A stretch of DNA of 56,876 nt, filler included, from Sluysia triapertura (lineage: Eukaryota): NCBI GenBank assembly GCA_046118255.1. It is 4 parts of 4 records of this genome, joined end to end, with 100 filler letters (N's around TTAATTAATTAA, not from the genome) between each part and the next. Parts side by side here need not be neighbours in the genome. Positions count along the whole stretch, not along the records: positions 28,763 to 41,031 come from JBJNIA010124191.1; positions 41,132 to 56,876 come from JBJNIA010220246.1; 2 more parts are not named here. One strand, 5' to 3'. The notes below the pieces were generated by a model that saw only the letters and a program-made list of their open reading frames with translations, ran no database searches and was not told the origin of the DNA. Positions 37,810 to 50,329 of the stretch are shown here, piece after piece (position 1 is the first letter of the stretch; each line of letters starts with the position of its first letter). The translations under genes and the position numbers were made by a program.

Positions 37810-39217
37810 TATCATATTCGAAATCAAATACTTATAGAAAAGGCTTTCTTAAAAAATCATACTTTTCAAGAATCAGTTGAAATACTCTAAATCCGTTCTT
37901 AATCTTTTAGGCATGACACACTTCAAGTAGATCGTGATGTGTAAAAATAAAAATTAACACCACATATCTACTTTCATTTAAAAGTAACAAAAATAAATAA
38001 TCCTTTAAAATATGTTCACCAAATTATCCAGTAATTTATTTGGCCTATTTATAATTCAAGACAAACAGTTTCATTAGGTTTTGTCTAAAATTAAGAACAA
38101 GTAAACCAACGTTAATAAAATAATAATCTCAGCTAAAATAACCTAAGACAAATATCGTATGTAAATAATTACTTACTGTCTCTCAATTGCTGCAATTTCT
38201 ACATTATCATCTTTAACTTGTTTCAATAGTTTTTCTCGCTCTAGTTGTGGATTACCACGTTCCTTTTCTTCTTCCAGTAATTTATTACGCTTCAATTCTA
38301 CTTCCGCTAATTCATTGTACAATTTCATAGCTTGTTGTTTAATCTAAATATTGTATTTACAAAAAATATTATAAGTACATAAGACTGTTCTAATTCTTCT
38401 TCTAAATCTATTTTACAAACACGTAATTTATCCAAATGTTGCTGCAACACACCTGATCTAACTAAATAATGTGCATTTTCTTCTTTTGCTCTTTCGTATT
38501 GATTTTTCATATCTAAAGGCATATTACTTACTAAACTCTCAGCCATTCTTCTTTCCTATAAATACTTTAAATCATCTTAATGAAATTACTTGTTCTAATT
38601 CAATTTCAATCGATTTTACTTGACTTTCTTTAGCATTTTTATCTTCAAATAAATGCTCTAACAGCCGCTCAGCTCTGTCATTAGATACTTTAATTTCTTC
38701 AAAATCGATTTCAAGAGACTTAATATCACCATTCATATTCATTTTATCCACTAAAGTATTATAATCACCTAATTCGCCCTACAAAATATTATCTTACATA
38801 TATTCTAAAATACCTGTAAATTCTTAATTTCCAATGCTAATTTTTCAGCCATTTGTTCATATTGTACAAAACTTTCATTTTGCTCCTGTACGTCAGACAT
38901 TTGCTGATTTAATAAAGCTAATTCTTTGCTAATCTCATTTATTTTTCCTCGTAATAAACCTAAATAATAATTTTTATCTTCAATTTGCCGTCGAGAACCC
39001 TTAGCCGTTTTTGGACCCCCAATTCCTATAAAAATGTTTATTTTATTTTATTTTATAAACCTTGTTGTGCTATAATACGATCTTCAACTTTAAGAGATTG
39101 ATTTAAAACTGAACTGCCAACTAATCCACCTTTTGTCATTGGTCTTTCCCCAGTAGTTAATCTACTAGCAGTACCAATCTGACGAGTACCAGCTGTAGTA
39201 AGACGCTTTGAATTCAT
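32499..39217 (-). CDS. IFT74: Intraflagellar transport protein 74 (IFT74/CCDC2), complete 9-exon gene, 574 aa
   Basis: Manual splicing at GT-AG sites gives exons 39217-39061, 39025-38814, 38778-38590, 38555-38379, 38343-38177, 37716-37554, 37516-37265, 33645-33541 and 32801-32499 (1725 nt, open frame). The translation has IFT74 motifs: [124 protein letters not shown]. Confidence 0.96.
33714..34682. mobile_element. Tc2/pogo-type internally deleted DNA transposon in IFT74 intron 7
   Basis: TIRs CCGTGTTTCTCCGAAAATAAG / CTTATTTTGGGGAAACACAG, TA on both sides, inserted into a (TAA)n tract that continues on both flanks. Confidence 0.85.
35053..35467. mobile_element. TG...CA MITE with long imperfect TIRs and 5-bp TSD (Ginger-like)
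   Basis: TGTGGCGGCCAACCTTATCAT / ATGATAACGTTGGCCACCACA, GTTAT duplicated at 35048-35052 and 35468-35472, arms inverted over ~150 bp. Confidence 0.75.
36331..36600 (+). pseudogene. piggyBac-like transposase N-terminal remnant
   Basis: Acidic N-terminus (DDLENSEDKDFSDISEDSDDSE) followed after a frameshift by NDWSQSDNEACLEQF...IGV, a pattern resembling piggyBac N-termini. Confidence 0.4.
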
Positions 39218-40339
39218 TCTATTTTTATATTTGTAAAAGTATATATTACAATAAAAAATAAAAGTGATAGCAATTTAATCATAAAATAAAAAATACAGGT
39301 GTTATACAATTATAATACTTTTTTATTAAAACTTAATAATTGACAATAATAAATAAAATATAAAAATAGTTTTAAAGGTTTTAGTAACCATAGTCCTTAC
39401 TGTGTTAAATATATTGCATGATTAAAACGAAATTCTAATTTGTTAATTTATTACTTCAAAACACTTTAATAGAATGTTTGTTGCTGTAAATTTGGTTAAG
39501 TTTTTCAACTTTGTTATATGTAGTATTGTATTAATACCATAGGAACAGTAATCTGAGTTCGTGAAACAAAGTCAATCAATTATTAAATTTAAAAATTCAT
39601 TGTTGTAAAAATATTTTTGGGATTGTTAAGATTACATAAACAAGTGTTATATTAACTTTATACATGGAATACATGTGCTGAATGAAAGAAAATTAGAGTT
39701 TGCTTTACTATGTGAAAGAAAGTTTTACAGAAAATGAGAGTAATATGTGTTTTTTAATTTCAAATACATCATCATCATCATCATCATCATCAATTTCGAT
39801 GAACATTTCCCAATGAGATCGTAGTTCTATTCCACTGCTGTGAAGATCTGGATTTGTGTAATGTTGATTTGGTAGCATCTAATTTTGAAATTCTTCATTT
39901 TCTAAGAAATGTTGCTTAAAACAAAATGCATGCAGCAACATATGAAAGATAACTAGGATGTAGAAAAAATTTCAAACTAAATTCTGTTAACATCTCGGTA
40001 TAACTTTTATGTTCCATATCATTAAATTAAACCTTTTCCATTAACCAATGCTTGCCGAACATTTAACATTTTCTTGTGTAAGCGATGTAATTACTAGAAA
40101 TGGATGTCAGACGATATATAACCGCTCAACACAAATAAACTCGCAGCCACTGAAATACATGCGCACAGCGGTCCCATAATTTCAAAACGTGTTGCGTAGT
40201 GAAAGAGTTATTGTTTCATATCGTAGGTACAGGTTTTTCTTTAAAAATTTAGCTATATTGAGGATCTCTTTATTTTAAATTATTCTTATCTTGACACAGT
40301 TACACTAAATATATTTTATTTAATGTAATCGATTATTGG

Positions 40340-40680
40340 GATTCCTAATTGTGAATCAGAAAATGTAGGAGCTATAAGATAAAGAGAGAACTGATGGATT
40401 GAAAATTATAAACATTGTCGAAATAAGAATCACGAAAGTAAAAACATCTATAATAATTTTAACAGCTAAAGAATACCTTGGCATTGAGATCTTGTGGAAG
40501 CTTGAAAAGGATTTGGAAAACCTTTGAAGGCATTAAAGTAGCTTTGAGCTTGTTAATCTTAAGATCATGCCAGACCTTGTTGACCTTTAGGTATTCTTGA
40601 AATCTTTACAAACATTGGGGATCTTAGAGTAACTGTATCAGTTATTTAAAATCTTTAAAATATTTCAGAAATAAAATCTG
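40340..40680 (+). repeat. Dispersed decayed coding repeat of unknown family (copy 2 of 3)
   Basis: gaaataagaatca...taacagctaaa.aata.cttggcatt...aaaacctt shared with 53237-53570. Reads IINIVEIRITKVKTSIIILTAKEYLGIEILWKLEKDLENL. Confidence 0.7.
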
Positions 40681-43446
40681 TTCAAAATAATAAATGTAAA
40701 GTAATTTTATGTTTTTTGTTGAATTTATTTTATTTCAAAATCAATATTGTTATTATAAAAAATAATAGATTAATAAATTTAATAAAATTAATAAAATTTA
40801 AGAAAAATTTAATAATTATTAAATTTAAGAAAATTAATAAATTTAGGAAAAATTTAATAAGACAAAAATTTTAATGAATTAATAAAATTTAGGAAATAAT
40901 AAAAAATGAAATAATAAATTAAATAATTAATTTTTATAATTTTAAAACTTGAAGAATTTTGTTTTAATAAATTAAATAATTAATTCTAGAAGAATTTGTT
41001 TTATTTAATCAATTTAATATTTAGAAGACATNNNNNNNNNNNNNNNNNNNNNNNNNNNNNNNNNNNNNNNNNNNNTTAATTAATTAANNNNNNNNNNNNN
41101 NNNNNNNNNNNNNNNNNNNNNNNNNNNNNNNATTTAGATTTCAATAATTACATATTAGTATTTGTTTATATTATTATATGTTATTATTATATGTATGTAT
41201 GTTGACATTTATGAATTAAAATATTAATTAAAATTAATATTAATTATTTATTAATTAAAATTAATATTAATTTTTTATTAATTAAAATATTAAATAAATA
41301 ATTTAAAAATATTAATTTATAAATTTTTAGTAATTTTATAAATCTTAAGAAAATGGAATTCAAATGTTTTCCAATATTAAATCATTAATTTTAACAAAAT
41401 AAAATATTATGTAATTGTTTGATGAATCAATTTTATTTTTAAGATGGCTGCCACATTGTAAATTCACTATAAAATGGGTGGATTTTCAATGTGAAAGTCA
41501 ATAACGGAAATCAATCATATCAGAAAGACAAATTTAAAGATTCCATGAAAAGTTATATCATTATTTTTAAGTTTTGAAAATCTTCATTGTTTCAATTCTT
41601 CAAATAATTTCACCGTTTGATCAGATGGAATTTAAGTTAAATATTTATTTACTAATCTCGAATCAAACATATCGATATCTTTAAATTATTATTAACTTCA
41701 TAACTTATTTGGAAAGGTAAAGTCTAGTTTCTTCGTGATCATCAAGGAAATATAAAATTAATCCTGAGATTAAAGTATTGCAATATAGCAATATTTTAAT
41801 TAATATTGTCCATTTTCCTAATATTTCTATATAATAAACATCATCATTTGAGTGATCACATTTTATAGGTTGGTTTGGCGATTCTTCTTTAAAATTTGTT
41901 GATGTAATTGGTCGTACTGTCATGTCGTGATCGTTAGGTCTATGATTGATATGTAAGACATGTATCGATGATTTTGACTTTCTTTTGAAGTCTTTGATAA
42001 TAATATAAACTTTATCATGATGAGATTTAAAGCAGCACATGATTTTTAAATTTTTTTAAAATTGATGAATAAAATTACGCCTGAACATTACGTTTAAAAA
42101 TTGTGAATGAATATTGTGATTACGTTTGGTTGCTAAACAAACTAAAACCCAATTTCCAAATTTGTACGACCAATAAAAAAGCAACTATTTTGTTGCTAAC
42201 ATCATTTAATATAAAATTTCAATGAAACAAAACTATCAAAATTGACAGATTAAACAACTAGTAATAACATTAATAATAATAATATGGATAATCATAATGA
42301 TAATTAATAATAATGTTTAATTAAAAATACAAATAATAATAACAATGAAATAAAATTAACAATAAAAATAATATTAATAGCATCAATAATAATCCTTATA
42401 AATTTTTATGCTTCAAATTCACACCAGTTATTCAACATACTCTCAATAAAGTCTTGAATCTCCTCGATAGAAGTGTTACAATATTTATTTTCTATTTCAT
42501 CGTTTATCTTCGTTTTCACATCTTCGTATGGTATATTTTCTTCCAAATTAGTTACACATTTAGTTGCAGTGTCGCCATTTGCAATATCATTGTTTTCTTT
42601 ATGGTCAATCAATTCATTTGTATTTATCATAGTATCAGAAACTTCTTTATTATTCATATCACTTTATTCTTTATTAATGCTATCGATTTTCATTTTTAAA
42701 TTCATTTTTAGTACTGAAATTGTGCTCAGTTTACCGTAATCTTTCATTTCGATAATTTCGTTATAATCTTTTCTATCTTACTCAGTTTAGTTTCTACTAT
42801 CTTATTGTCTTCTTTTTTATTATCCTGAATTTGAGTAAAATTATTCTGGTTATGATTATTGGTTACATTTAGATGTTCTTTCGCTTGATATTAAATGAGT
42901 TCTGGATTCTGAGTAAGGGCAGCATAGTAAATCACTGGTTAATGAAATATTCGATAATAGTTGAATCACATGAGCTTGTTTAGAGCGAGTAGAAACATGG
43001 ATAATGAATTAGTAATGTGGAAGACGATCTTCTCGTTCGTTGTTAGGGAAGGAAGAGGAGGTAGCGTAAAAACAAAAGATAAAAAATTATGAAAGAGTGT
43101 CGTGAGAGAGTATTAACAAAGTTAAATGTGTTAAAAGAAATTCCATTTAGTTTGTTATTTTTTGAAATTTAAATTACAAATTTAATGATTTTTGATGTAA
43201 TGAATGCTTTGAGTGTTGAAAAAATGTGATTTTTAGTGTACTGTGATGTATTAAAATTTTGTATGATTACGGTAAAATCCTGTGCATAAGCTGCACATTA
43301 TAAATTTTTTTAAAACGATCTTTTTCTTTAGATAAGCCGTGGTTTATCCATGGAAACATAAAATTTGAATAATTTAAGCCTCATTTAGATACACACTTAC
43401 ATATGTCAGTTTAATGATTCTTTTTAACTTTATAAAGGTCATAAAA

Positions 43447-43795
43447 TGGACTGACCGGGAATCGAACCAGGGCCCTCTCCCTGCATAGTTCGATGATTAT
43501 GATTAAAACATGTATTAATATAATAGTTTTAGTCTCTTTCTCTTTTTTTAGAGAAGAAAGGTAATCTTCCTTCTTCTATTCAGGGACCTTGCAAAACATA
43601 GTCACGGTATGCGTTGTTCGAGGACTCCACAGCTAGTCGCACATACTGTCTTGTGGAAGCCAAGTGCCTTGAAAAGCCTGTCAATCTCGTGATCCCATGA
43701 CCCCAAGGTTCCAACGACGAATGTATCCAGAGATACCTTGCACTTCAGTTGTCCTTTAGTTTGTCCTGGAGATAGCATACTGAGCTATCAGCCCC
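43447..43795 (-). pseudogene. tRNA-like copy interrupted by a 283-bp retrotransposon fragment (43496-43778)
   Basis: 43447-43495 is the 3' part and 43779 onward (actgagctatcagcc) is the 5' part; 7 nt (GGTAGAG) of the D-arm are missing at the junction. Confidence 0.8.
43496..43778 (-). mobile_element. 5'-truncated 3' end of an RLE-type (R2/NeSL/Utopia-like) non-LTR retrotransposon
   Basis: Minus-strand translation of 43778-43602 includes VSLDTFVVGTLGSWDHEIDRLFKALG, then after a frameshift YVRLAVESSNNAYRDYVLQG*. The VVGxLGSW motif is typical of the C-terminus of restriction-like endonuclease domains in R2/NeSL-group elements. A short 3' UTR follows. Confidence 0.75.
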
Positions 43796-45775
43796 CTCTA
43801 ACAATTTTATTTTATTATGGTCAGTTATACTTTTATTACTATGTGGCACTTTAGGCCTGATCCTAACAGACACTATTAAATCTTTATTTAAAAACTATGT
43901 TAAACTTCGCTTTTCACAAACTAAAGTCGCAGTAAAGATTAAAAAACAACTTTTTTCCTTAGATAAGTCGCGGCTTGTACTCATTATTAACAAGTTTAAA
44001 TTAAGAAAAAATAATCACAGTTTTATTAGAAAAGTAACTTATTTATCTTGCGTACTGTCTCGACAGCAACTGGGCAGTTTATCATGTGATATTTATATGA
44101 TATGTAATTTATATCTATATTTTTATATATAACATATTGCTTCTATAAGATATTTTCATTTCTGTAATTCATACATTACAACATCTTATACTACTGTCAA
44201 TAATAAAATTTCAACTAACGTGCGTGTTTATTGGAGTAGTCATGTGTATTGGAATGCCAACAATAAATAAATATGTAATTGTGTCAACGATTAAATGCAT
44301 ATATTAAAACAGTACAAATAAATATTCAAATTAAAACAGAAATGCAATAATTATGTAAAAATAGAACTGTATAGTATTATTACTATAATTTTATTTGATA
44401 AATATTTTAATTATTGGATACATATTTTAAATCGTAACTAACAATCAAGGTCATTTTTAAAGAGTGTATAAATACCTAATGAAAAGTGAATTTTTTAGAC
44501 AGTTTTGTCGAAACACTTATAGCTGAATACATTGAAAATTAGATACAGAAAATTAAGAGGAGAATCTTTAGAAGAAACACATCGTCATCAATAAAAGGAT
44601 TTTCAATATTTATAATTTAATCAGTTGTTAGTTATTATTTTTAATAGTTATTGTAAATTATAATCTTTCATTAACTGAACTTTTTGATATAATTCTTTAA
44701 AATCAAATTTTAAAAATTTCGCCTAAGATTATACATTAATTTTTAATAATATTCATAATACATTGTATATTTTATTTTTATAAACTCGTGTAATCTTATT
44801 CATTTAATTAATAAATATTCATTAAAATCTCATCGTTTCTTATTTGCTGTAAACCGATTTTAATTTATCGGCAGAAAAATCACCTACTTAATATCAATGA
44901 ACGATTCTCAAATTGTTAGAAACCGATTATACAGAAGTAAAATCATAATATACCGTTTTCAAAAATACGGTAGTAAAAATTTTATAAAATTCTTTGATAA
45001 TATTAAAATATAATTGCTGATAAACTTCACCAAGGAGATTGAAACAATATAACACATTATAAATCATCGATATAAGCTTGATTGGATTAGTAATCAGCCT
45101 TGCAAGAAAACTAGTTGATCTTTTATATAAGTAAAATTTGCTGATACCTAGGATCGCAGGGGACTCACGCATCATATTTCATAATACAAATCACAGAAAA
45201 ATCTAGCACCGCGTATGGCAGCAAGTAGTAAACAATTTCTGAACGACTTCCAGTTGTTATTTACATAAAATTGTTGCAGAAATTTCAACCATGAAAAAGA
45301 AGTAAGAGTAAAAAATTGTTTTAATTATAGAAGTTAGTTTAATTAAGTTTGAAAACTGAATTTCGGAATTTTTGTTTGATTAAGTTTAATGTTTCTTTCT
45401 TTCATCACAACAGGAAATTGTGCAAAATGCAAAAGCAAAATTGAATTTATTATATGTACATAGATACATAGAATTTATTATTTTGTCACTGAATTTGTTT
45501 CAAGCTTTTTTCTATAACTCAATAAAAATGCACTCGTCATAATATATAAATTATTATTATCATTATTATTATTCTTAATATCACTAATAAAATTATTAAT
45601 TAATCCATTCACTGTCAACCACTAATATACTCGTGATACTTTCAATATGTATTATAACCTACAACTTATGGAGTGCTTGCAAATCTTTTATGGCTACAAA
45701 CATAAATAGACAAGTGTAAAAACTTGAAAAAAAGCTACAAATAAATTGTTTTTACAAAAATTGTGCTTTATTTAT

Positions 45776-45818
45776 AGTAACAGTAGTAGTAGAAGTAGTA
45801 ATAGTAATAGTAATAGTA

Positions 45819-45872
<54 letters not shown>

Positions 45873-45934
45873 TAATAGAAGTAATAGTAGTAGAAGTAGT
45901 AGTAGAAGTAGTAATAGTAGAAGTAGTAATAGTA

Positions 45935-45973
<39 letters not shown>

Positions 45974-46030
45974 TAATAGAAGTAATAGTAGTAGAAGTAG
46001 TAGTAGTAGTAGTAGTAGAAGAAGAAGAAG
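45776..46030. repeat. Compound (TAG)/(TAA)/(GAA) microsatellite
   Basis: Direct reading. Confidence 0.95.
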
Positions 46031-46175
46031 TTTATAAATTACTATTAAGAATAGATACCCAAATTGTATTGTACGACGATTATAAGTATAAATTAAGAAT
46101 CCACACTGTAATAATGACATTACCTAACGACTTTAATGAATGCATGGCTGAATTAGCAGAGTTATATGCCCTATG

Positions 46176-46660
46176 ATGGCACTATCAGAAATGAGAAAAT
46201 TTAATAGAGAAAAGGAAGACCTCTGCGATTTCCTATTTGAATGCGATAGTATCGTCGAAGCAAACGGCTGAAAGAGGCCGAAAAATTAAGATAATTCAAA
46301 ATTATTTAACTGGAGTGGCGATCCAGACATATAAGAAATTAAATAATAATGATAAGCAATCCTGAAATGTGTTTGTAAGCGTCTTTACCGAGTAAATAGC
46401 ACTTGATGAGAGGAAAATACAATGTTAAAATGCTAAAGTAAGAAAACGAAAGCCAAATGAATCTATATATGAATTCGCTTGTGCTCTTAAAAGCCTTGTT
46501 TCCAGAACAAAAGTCCCTGGAAATAAGAAGGAATAAGTATTAATATATAACCTAAAAATTGGCTTACGTCCACAATTAAGGACCTACGTTACGTTAATTG
46601 AAGGTAAACCTTTTAAGAAAGTAATTAAAAAGTTAAGAAGTATAGAACGATCTTATATTG
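46176..46660 (+). pseudogene. Ty3/gypsy-type Gag (capsid) relic
   Basis: MRKFNREKEDLCDFLFECDSIVEANG*...EKIKIIQNYLTGVAIQTYKKL...KRKPNESIYEFACALKSL...IGLRPQLR, with stops and a frameshift. Confidence 0.75.
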
Positions 46661-46885
46661 ATGATAAAGATAACATTAACTATGTAAGTGATAAGGAAGT
46701 TAAAAATGTTTATATGAAAATATTATCTGCATATCATATTGTTTCTGTGATATAAATATCATCCACTCATTATTTGGGCCAATCAGATTTTAATTGGTCT
46801 TTAGAAAATATCAATTAATATATTAATTAATCTACTTACTAATAATAATAAGTAGATAATTACTAACTAAAATTACTGAACTAAC

Positions 46886-47055
46886 CTAATTGCCAATTGA
46901 CACACAAGTATAACGGGAAAACCAAGTTTCATATACGGATTCGGTGAAAATCCGAGAGCACATAAAACAGACAATTGAAGGATTTGAAAAAATGTAAACA
47001 AATGTAACTTTCTTTGCGGAACTCGACGCAGATAATGTGATGGTGGATAGGCAGA
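46886..47055 (-). CDS. SLC4A11: Near-C-terminal exon of an SLC4A11-like (BTR1/NaBC1, SLC4 family) transporter
   Basis: Exon bounded by tttcag| and |gttagt encodes [56 protein letters not shown], matching the SLC4A11 C-terminal transmembrane region (YPPxHYxRRVPQRKxHxFT...PYMKxxFP). Other exons were not identified in the window. Confidence 0.88.
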
Positions 47056-47769
47056 CTGAAAGTGAAATAAAATAAGAAAGGATAATTCGAAATACATGGT
47101 AATTATTGAAATTGTTTGTGTAATATCTACGATATGATTGAAGTTTGTTTAGTAAACAATATAATCTATTTAATAAAAACAATTAAATACTATTCAGAGT
47201 TATTTTTTAATAATTAAAAACTTATACTACTTAATTTTATCAGTAATTTGTAATTGTTTATTATTTAAGAAAAAATAAAATTAAAAAGCCGGATGTATTT
47301 AAAATTATTAAAAACGGATATTTTAAGATGTATCGCTGTTTTTTAACAGGATGATTTTGTAAATGATAATAATAATAATAATTTTAAATGCAGCAAATAA
47401 AATTTACAAGATCTATGATAAAATACATTCATGTTATATCTACTCACTTTGAACATATTTAAGTGTCATCTTATTTGTTAGCTTCTTCAGCTTATAATAA
47501 GTGATTTTTGAGACGAATTGAACAATCTATTGCTTAATACAATTGTTTATGTATTTGTTATTTTATTGGTTGCTTTCTAAATGTTTTCTCGTCAACACTA
47601 ATTTCGAATTCCAAACTGATCTTTAAATAATCAATAAGGAGATTGAATAACTTGGATTTCTGCTAATATACAAGTTACAAAATTTGACTCGGTAAAACAA
47701 ATTTTTATTGTTACAATGTTTGTTTGTATAATTTTTAATTTTAATAATGTATTTAAAAAGACATTTTGC

Positions 47770-48250
47770 TTATTATAATTATGATTATGATTATTATTCT
47801 TATTATTCTTATTATATGATGATGATTATTATTATTATTATGATTATGATGATTATGNNNNNNNNNNNNNNNNNNNNNNNNNNNNNNNNNNNNNNNNNNN
47901 NNNNNNNNNNNNNNNNNNNNNNNNNNNNNNNNNNNNNNNNNNNNNNNNNNNNNNNNNNNNNNNNNNNNNNNNNNNNNNNNNNNNNNNNNNNNNNNNNNTT
48001 ATGATGATTATTATTACGATTATTCTGATTATCATAATTATTATTATTATTATTATTATGACGATTATTATTATGATTATGATTATTATTATTATTATGA
48101 TTATTATTATTAATATTATGATGATTATGATTAGTATGATGATGATGGTGATGATGATTATAATAATAATTATTATTATGATTATGATAACAATGATGAT
48201 TATAATTACAATAATAATAATTATTATTATTATTATGATTATTATGATTT
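47770..48250. repeat. Compound (ATT)/(ATG) microsatellite spanning a gap (47858-47998)
   Basis: Direct reading. Similar tracts at 52180-52248 (next to the gap 52249-52545) and 53063-53237. Confidence 0.95.
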
Positions 48251-48259
48251 TGGGTAAAT

Positions 48260-50108
48260 GATGATAATTATTAAATTATAATTTTTGTTAATCGAAAGAT
48301 TTATTATAAATTCGAAATGTCTGACATAAAGTTTAAAATATTTATACCTAAATTTATTTGTAAAACAAAATAATATCAAATTTTTTTTATAAAATTGTTT
48401 GTTGAATTTATGCTTCAAGACGAGTTCAGGACATGCTATTGTAATTCTGGCCTTGTAAGTTCTGAAACAAAAATTAATCATATAAATTAGTTCGATCAAA
48501 TTAAAATTAAGGTTTACCTCAGGAGGATTGTTATCAATAAAACAGTATACTGATAACAATCTACAAGATATTTAGTGTCTTGTAATATATTCTACATTCC
48601 GATCGACCATGCTATCTTTTACAATTATATCATCATCGTCCGGGTCGGTTTGAACATCAAATCTAACTAACGTTTGATTAGAAAAAAAGACGATTGTAAG
48701 AAATATGTAGATAACATAGTGATTCATACTTAAGAAACGGTGGCGGTACAACATTGATCATTTTGCCGTTCACCAAAATTACTCGACTAAGTTCTGAGAA
48801 ATCCTCAGCCGAAGTACTAATACTTTCTGCGATGCTACGTTTGAATTCATTCATTATTATGTCGACCGATATTCTATGTTTTACATTTAGATGTGAGTTG
48901 TTGAAAATAGCAGTAATGTTGTTTCGTAATTTTTGACTTAATTTTGCCGCTTCAGATCGAGTTACACCTTTTACATTAGTTTTATTCACCATGACAATTT
49001 TGTAACTGGTTTCCAGATTTTCATCTTTAGAGTAGATCAAATATTTGGTCTATGCGAATACTCGGACAAAAAGATAATCAAAATATATATAATCAAAATA
49101 TAATAGTAATCTAAACAGGCAGAAGTCATAGTCGGATTGATACCAAACACAATCGATCTAAAGTTTCACTTAAGTAATCTGGTAATGTTCTCTATATGAT
49201 TTCTTCCGTCATTCCATCGTACTCATCCATATGACTTCGATTCTCTTTAATAATTGCTTTAATTATTATAGGGTTTGATGCAGATATTTTATCGGCCTTG
49301 TTAACTTTTGGACCGACAGTAATAAGTTTAACAGACTATTGATTTATAAAAATTGCAATAAAATATGATTTAGAAACATCACCAAATTCATAATGGTGTT
49401 GATCATTAACAATTACCGACATGGTTAAATCCAAATTAGATCTGCTTATCTTTAATCTTCTTTCTCTTGCTGATTTTGTTACTAAATATTCTCGAATTTC
49501 TTGATAAATATCTGCTGAAATATAAGACAACGATGCAATTCAGATTTCTTGAGATAATACTCCGAGAAGTCTATTGATATTACGTATAATACAGATTTAT
49601 CATTAAATTGTAGATCAATGTCATTGAGCAAAGAATTGAAAATATGTTTGTGAATTCGAATTAATAACTTATCATCTATATTCTTTAAATCACTTATGCA
49701 AGTATAATTTTCTTTATATTTGAAAATCTATGGCTTTTTTGAACATTTCTGATAAAATTAATAAAATGAGTCGTACTGCTGCCTTGTAACACGGACTTAG
49801 CAATATATGCGATAAAAATACGTAATTATTTTGATTACGTATTATGATTAAATTACTTCAGTTAATTGCCTTCGACTACTAACAACTATAATAATTATAA
49901 AACCAATGAATTGATTTGTTATTTGAGATGATTGGATGTCCAATCCAAGTACAGCGGTAGCACTGATTGGACATCCAATCAATTGCTGTTTTTAAAACGT
50001 ATAGACATACCGAATTAATTGTCTGTCAACTAGCTTGAAATGTAATTAATTATCATCAGTCGACAGTTAATAAGGGTTGTTAAAATGTTTTAAATTAAAC
50101 TGTCGACT
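48260..50108 (-). mobile_element. Unclassified element: inverted repeat, CCAAT palindromes and a ~1.5-kb frameshifted intronless ORF
   Basis: AGTCGACAGTT...AACTGTCGACT (50058-50108), inverted pair GATTGGATGTCCAATC / GATTGGACATCCAATC (49930-49980), consecutive minus-strand ORF pieces from 49530 to 48242. Second copy at 56020-56700. Confidence 0.55.
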
Positions 50109-50329
50109 CTTGTGACAGGGTGTGATTACACGATTCAACATTCGATATAATTAATTTGAATAAAATACGATAAAAATAATAATAATAATAATTATACCAA
50201 TTAAATTGAAAAGAATTAATAAAAATAATAATATTATTAAAAATCTATTTTACTGTTTACACGATCTTTCTTTTATTAAAAAAACTTCTGAACATACTTA
50301 AATTTTCTTTACTTAATATAAATATCTTA

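Noticed and set aside
39384-39546. RFX X-box-like half sites upstream of IFT74 (GTAACCATAG at 39384, ACCATAGGAAC near 39536)
   Set aside because: Only half-matches, and equally good matches occur at ~36866 and ~43344 away from promoters.
41705-42900. Short minus-strand ORFs here and at 1244-1913, 10780-11110, 44927-45175, 51800-51930 and 52780-53040
   Set aside because: Coding-like composition, but no recognisable family or consistent exon structure.
45746-46120. Poly-I/N/Y/L ORFs here and at 2776, 16132, 17283, 47747-48261, 52175-52623 and 53011-53263
   Set aside because: Translations of trinucleotide microsatellites or N gaps.
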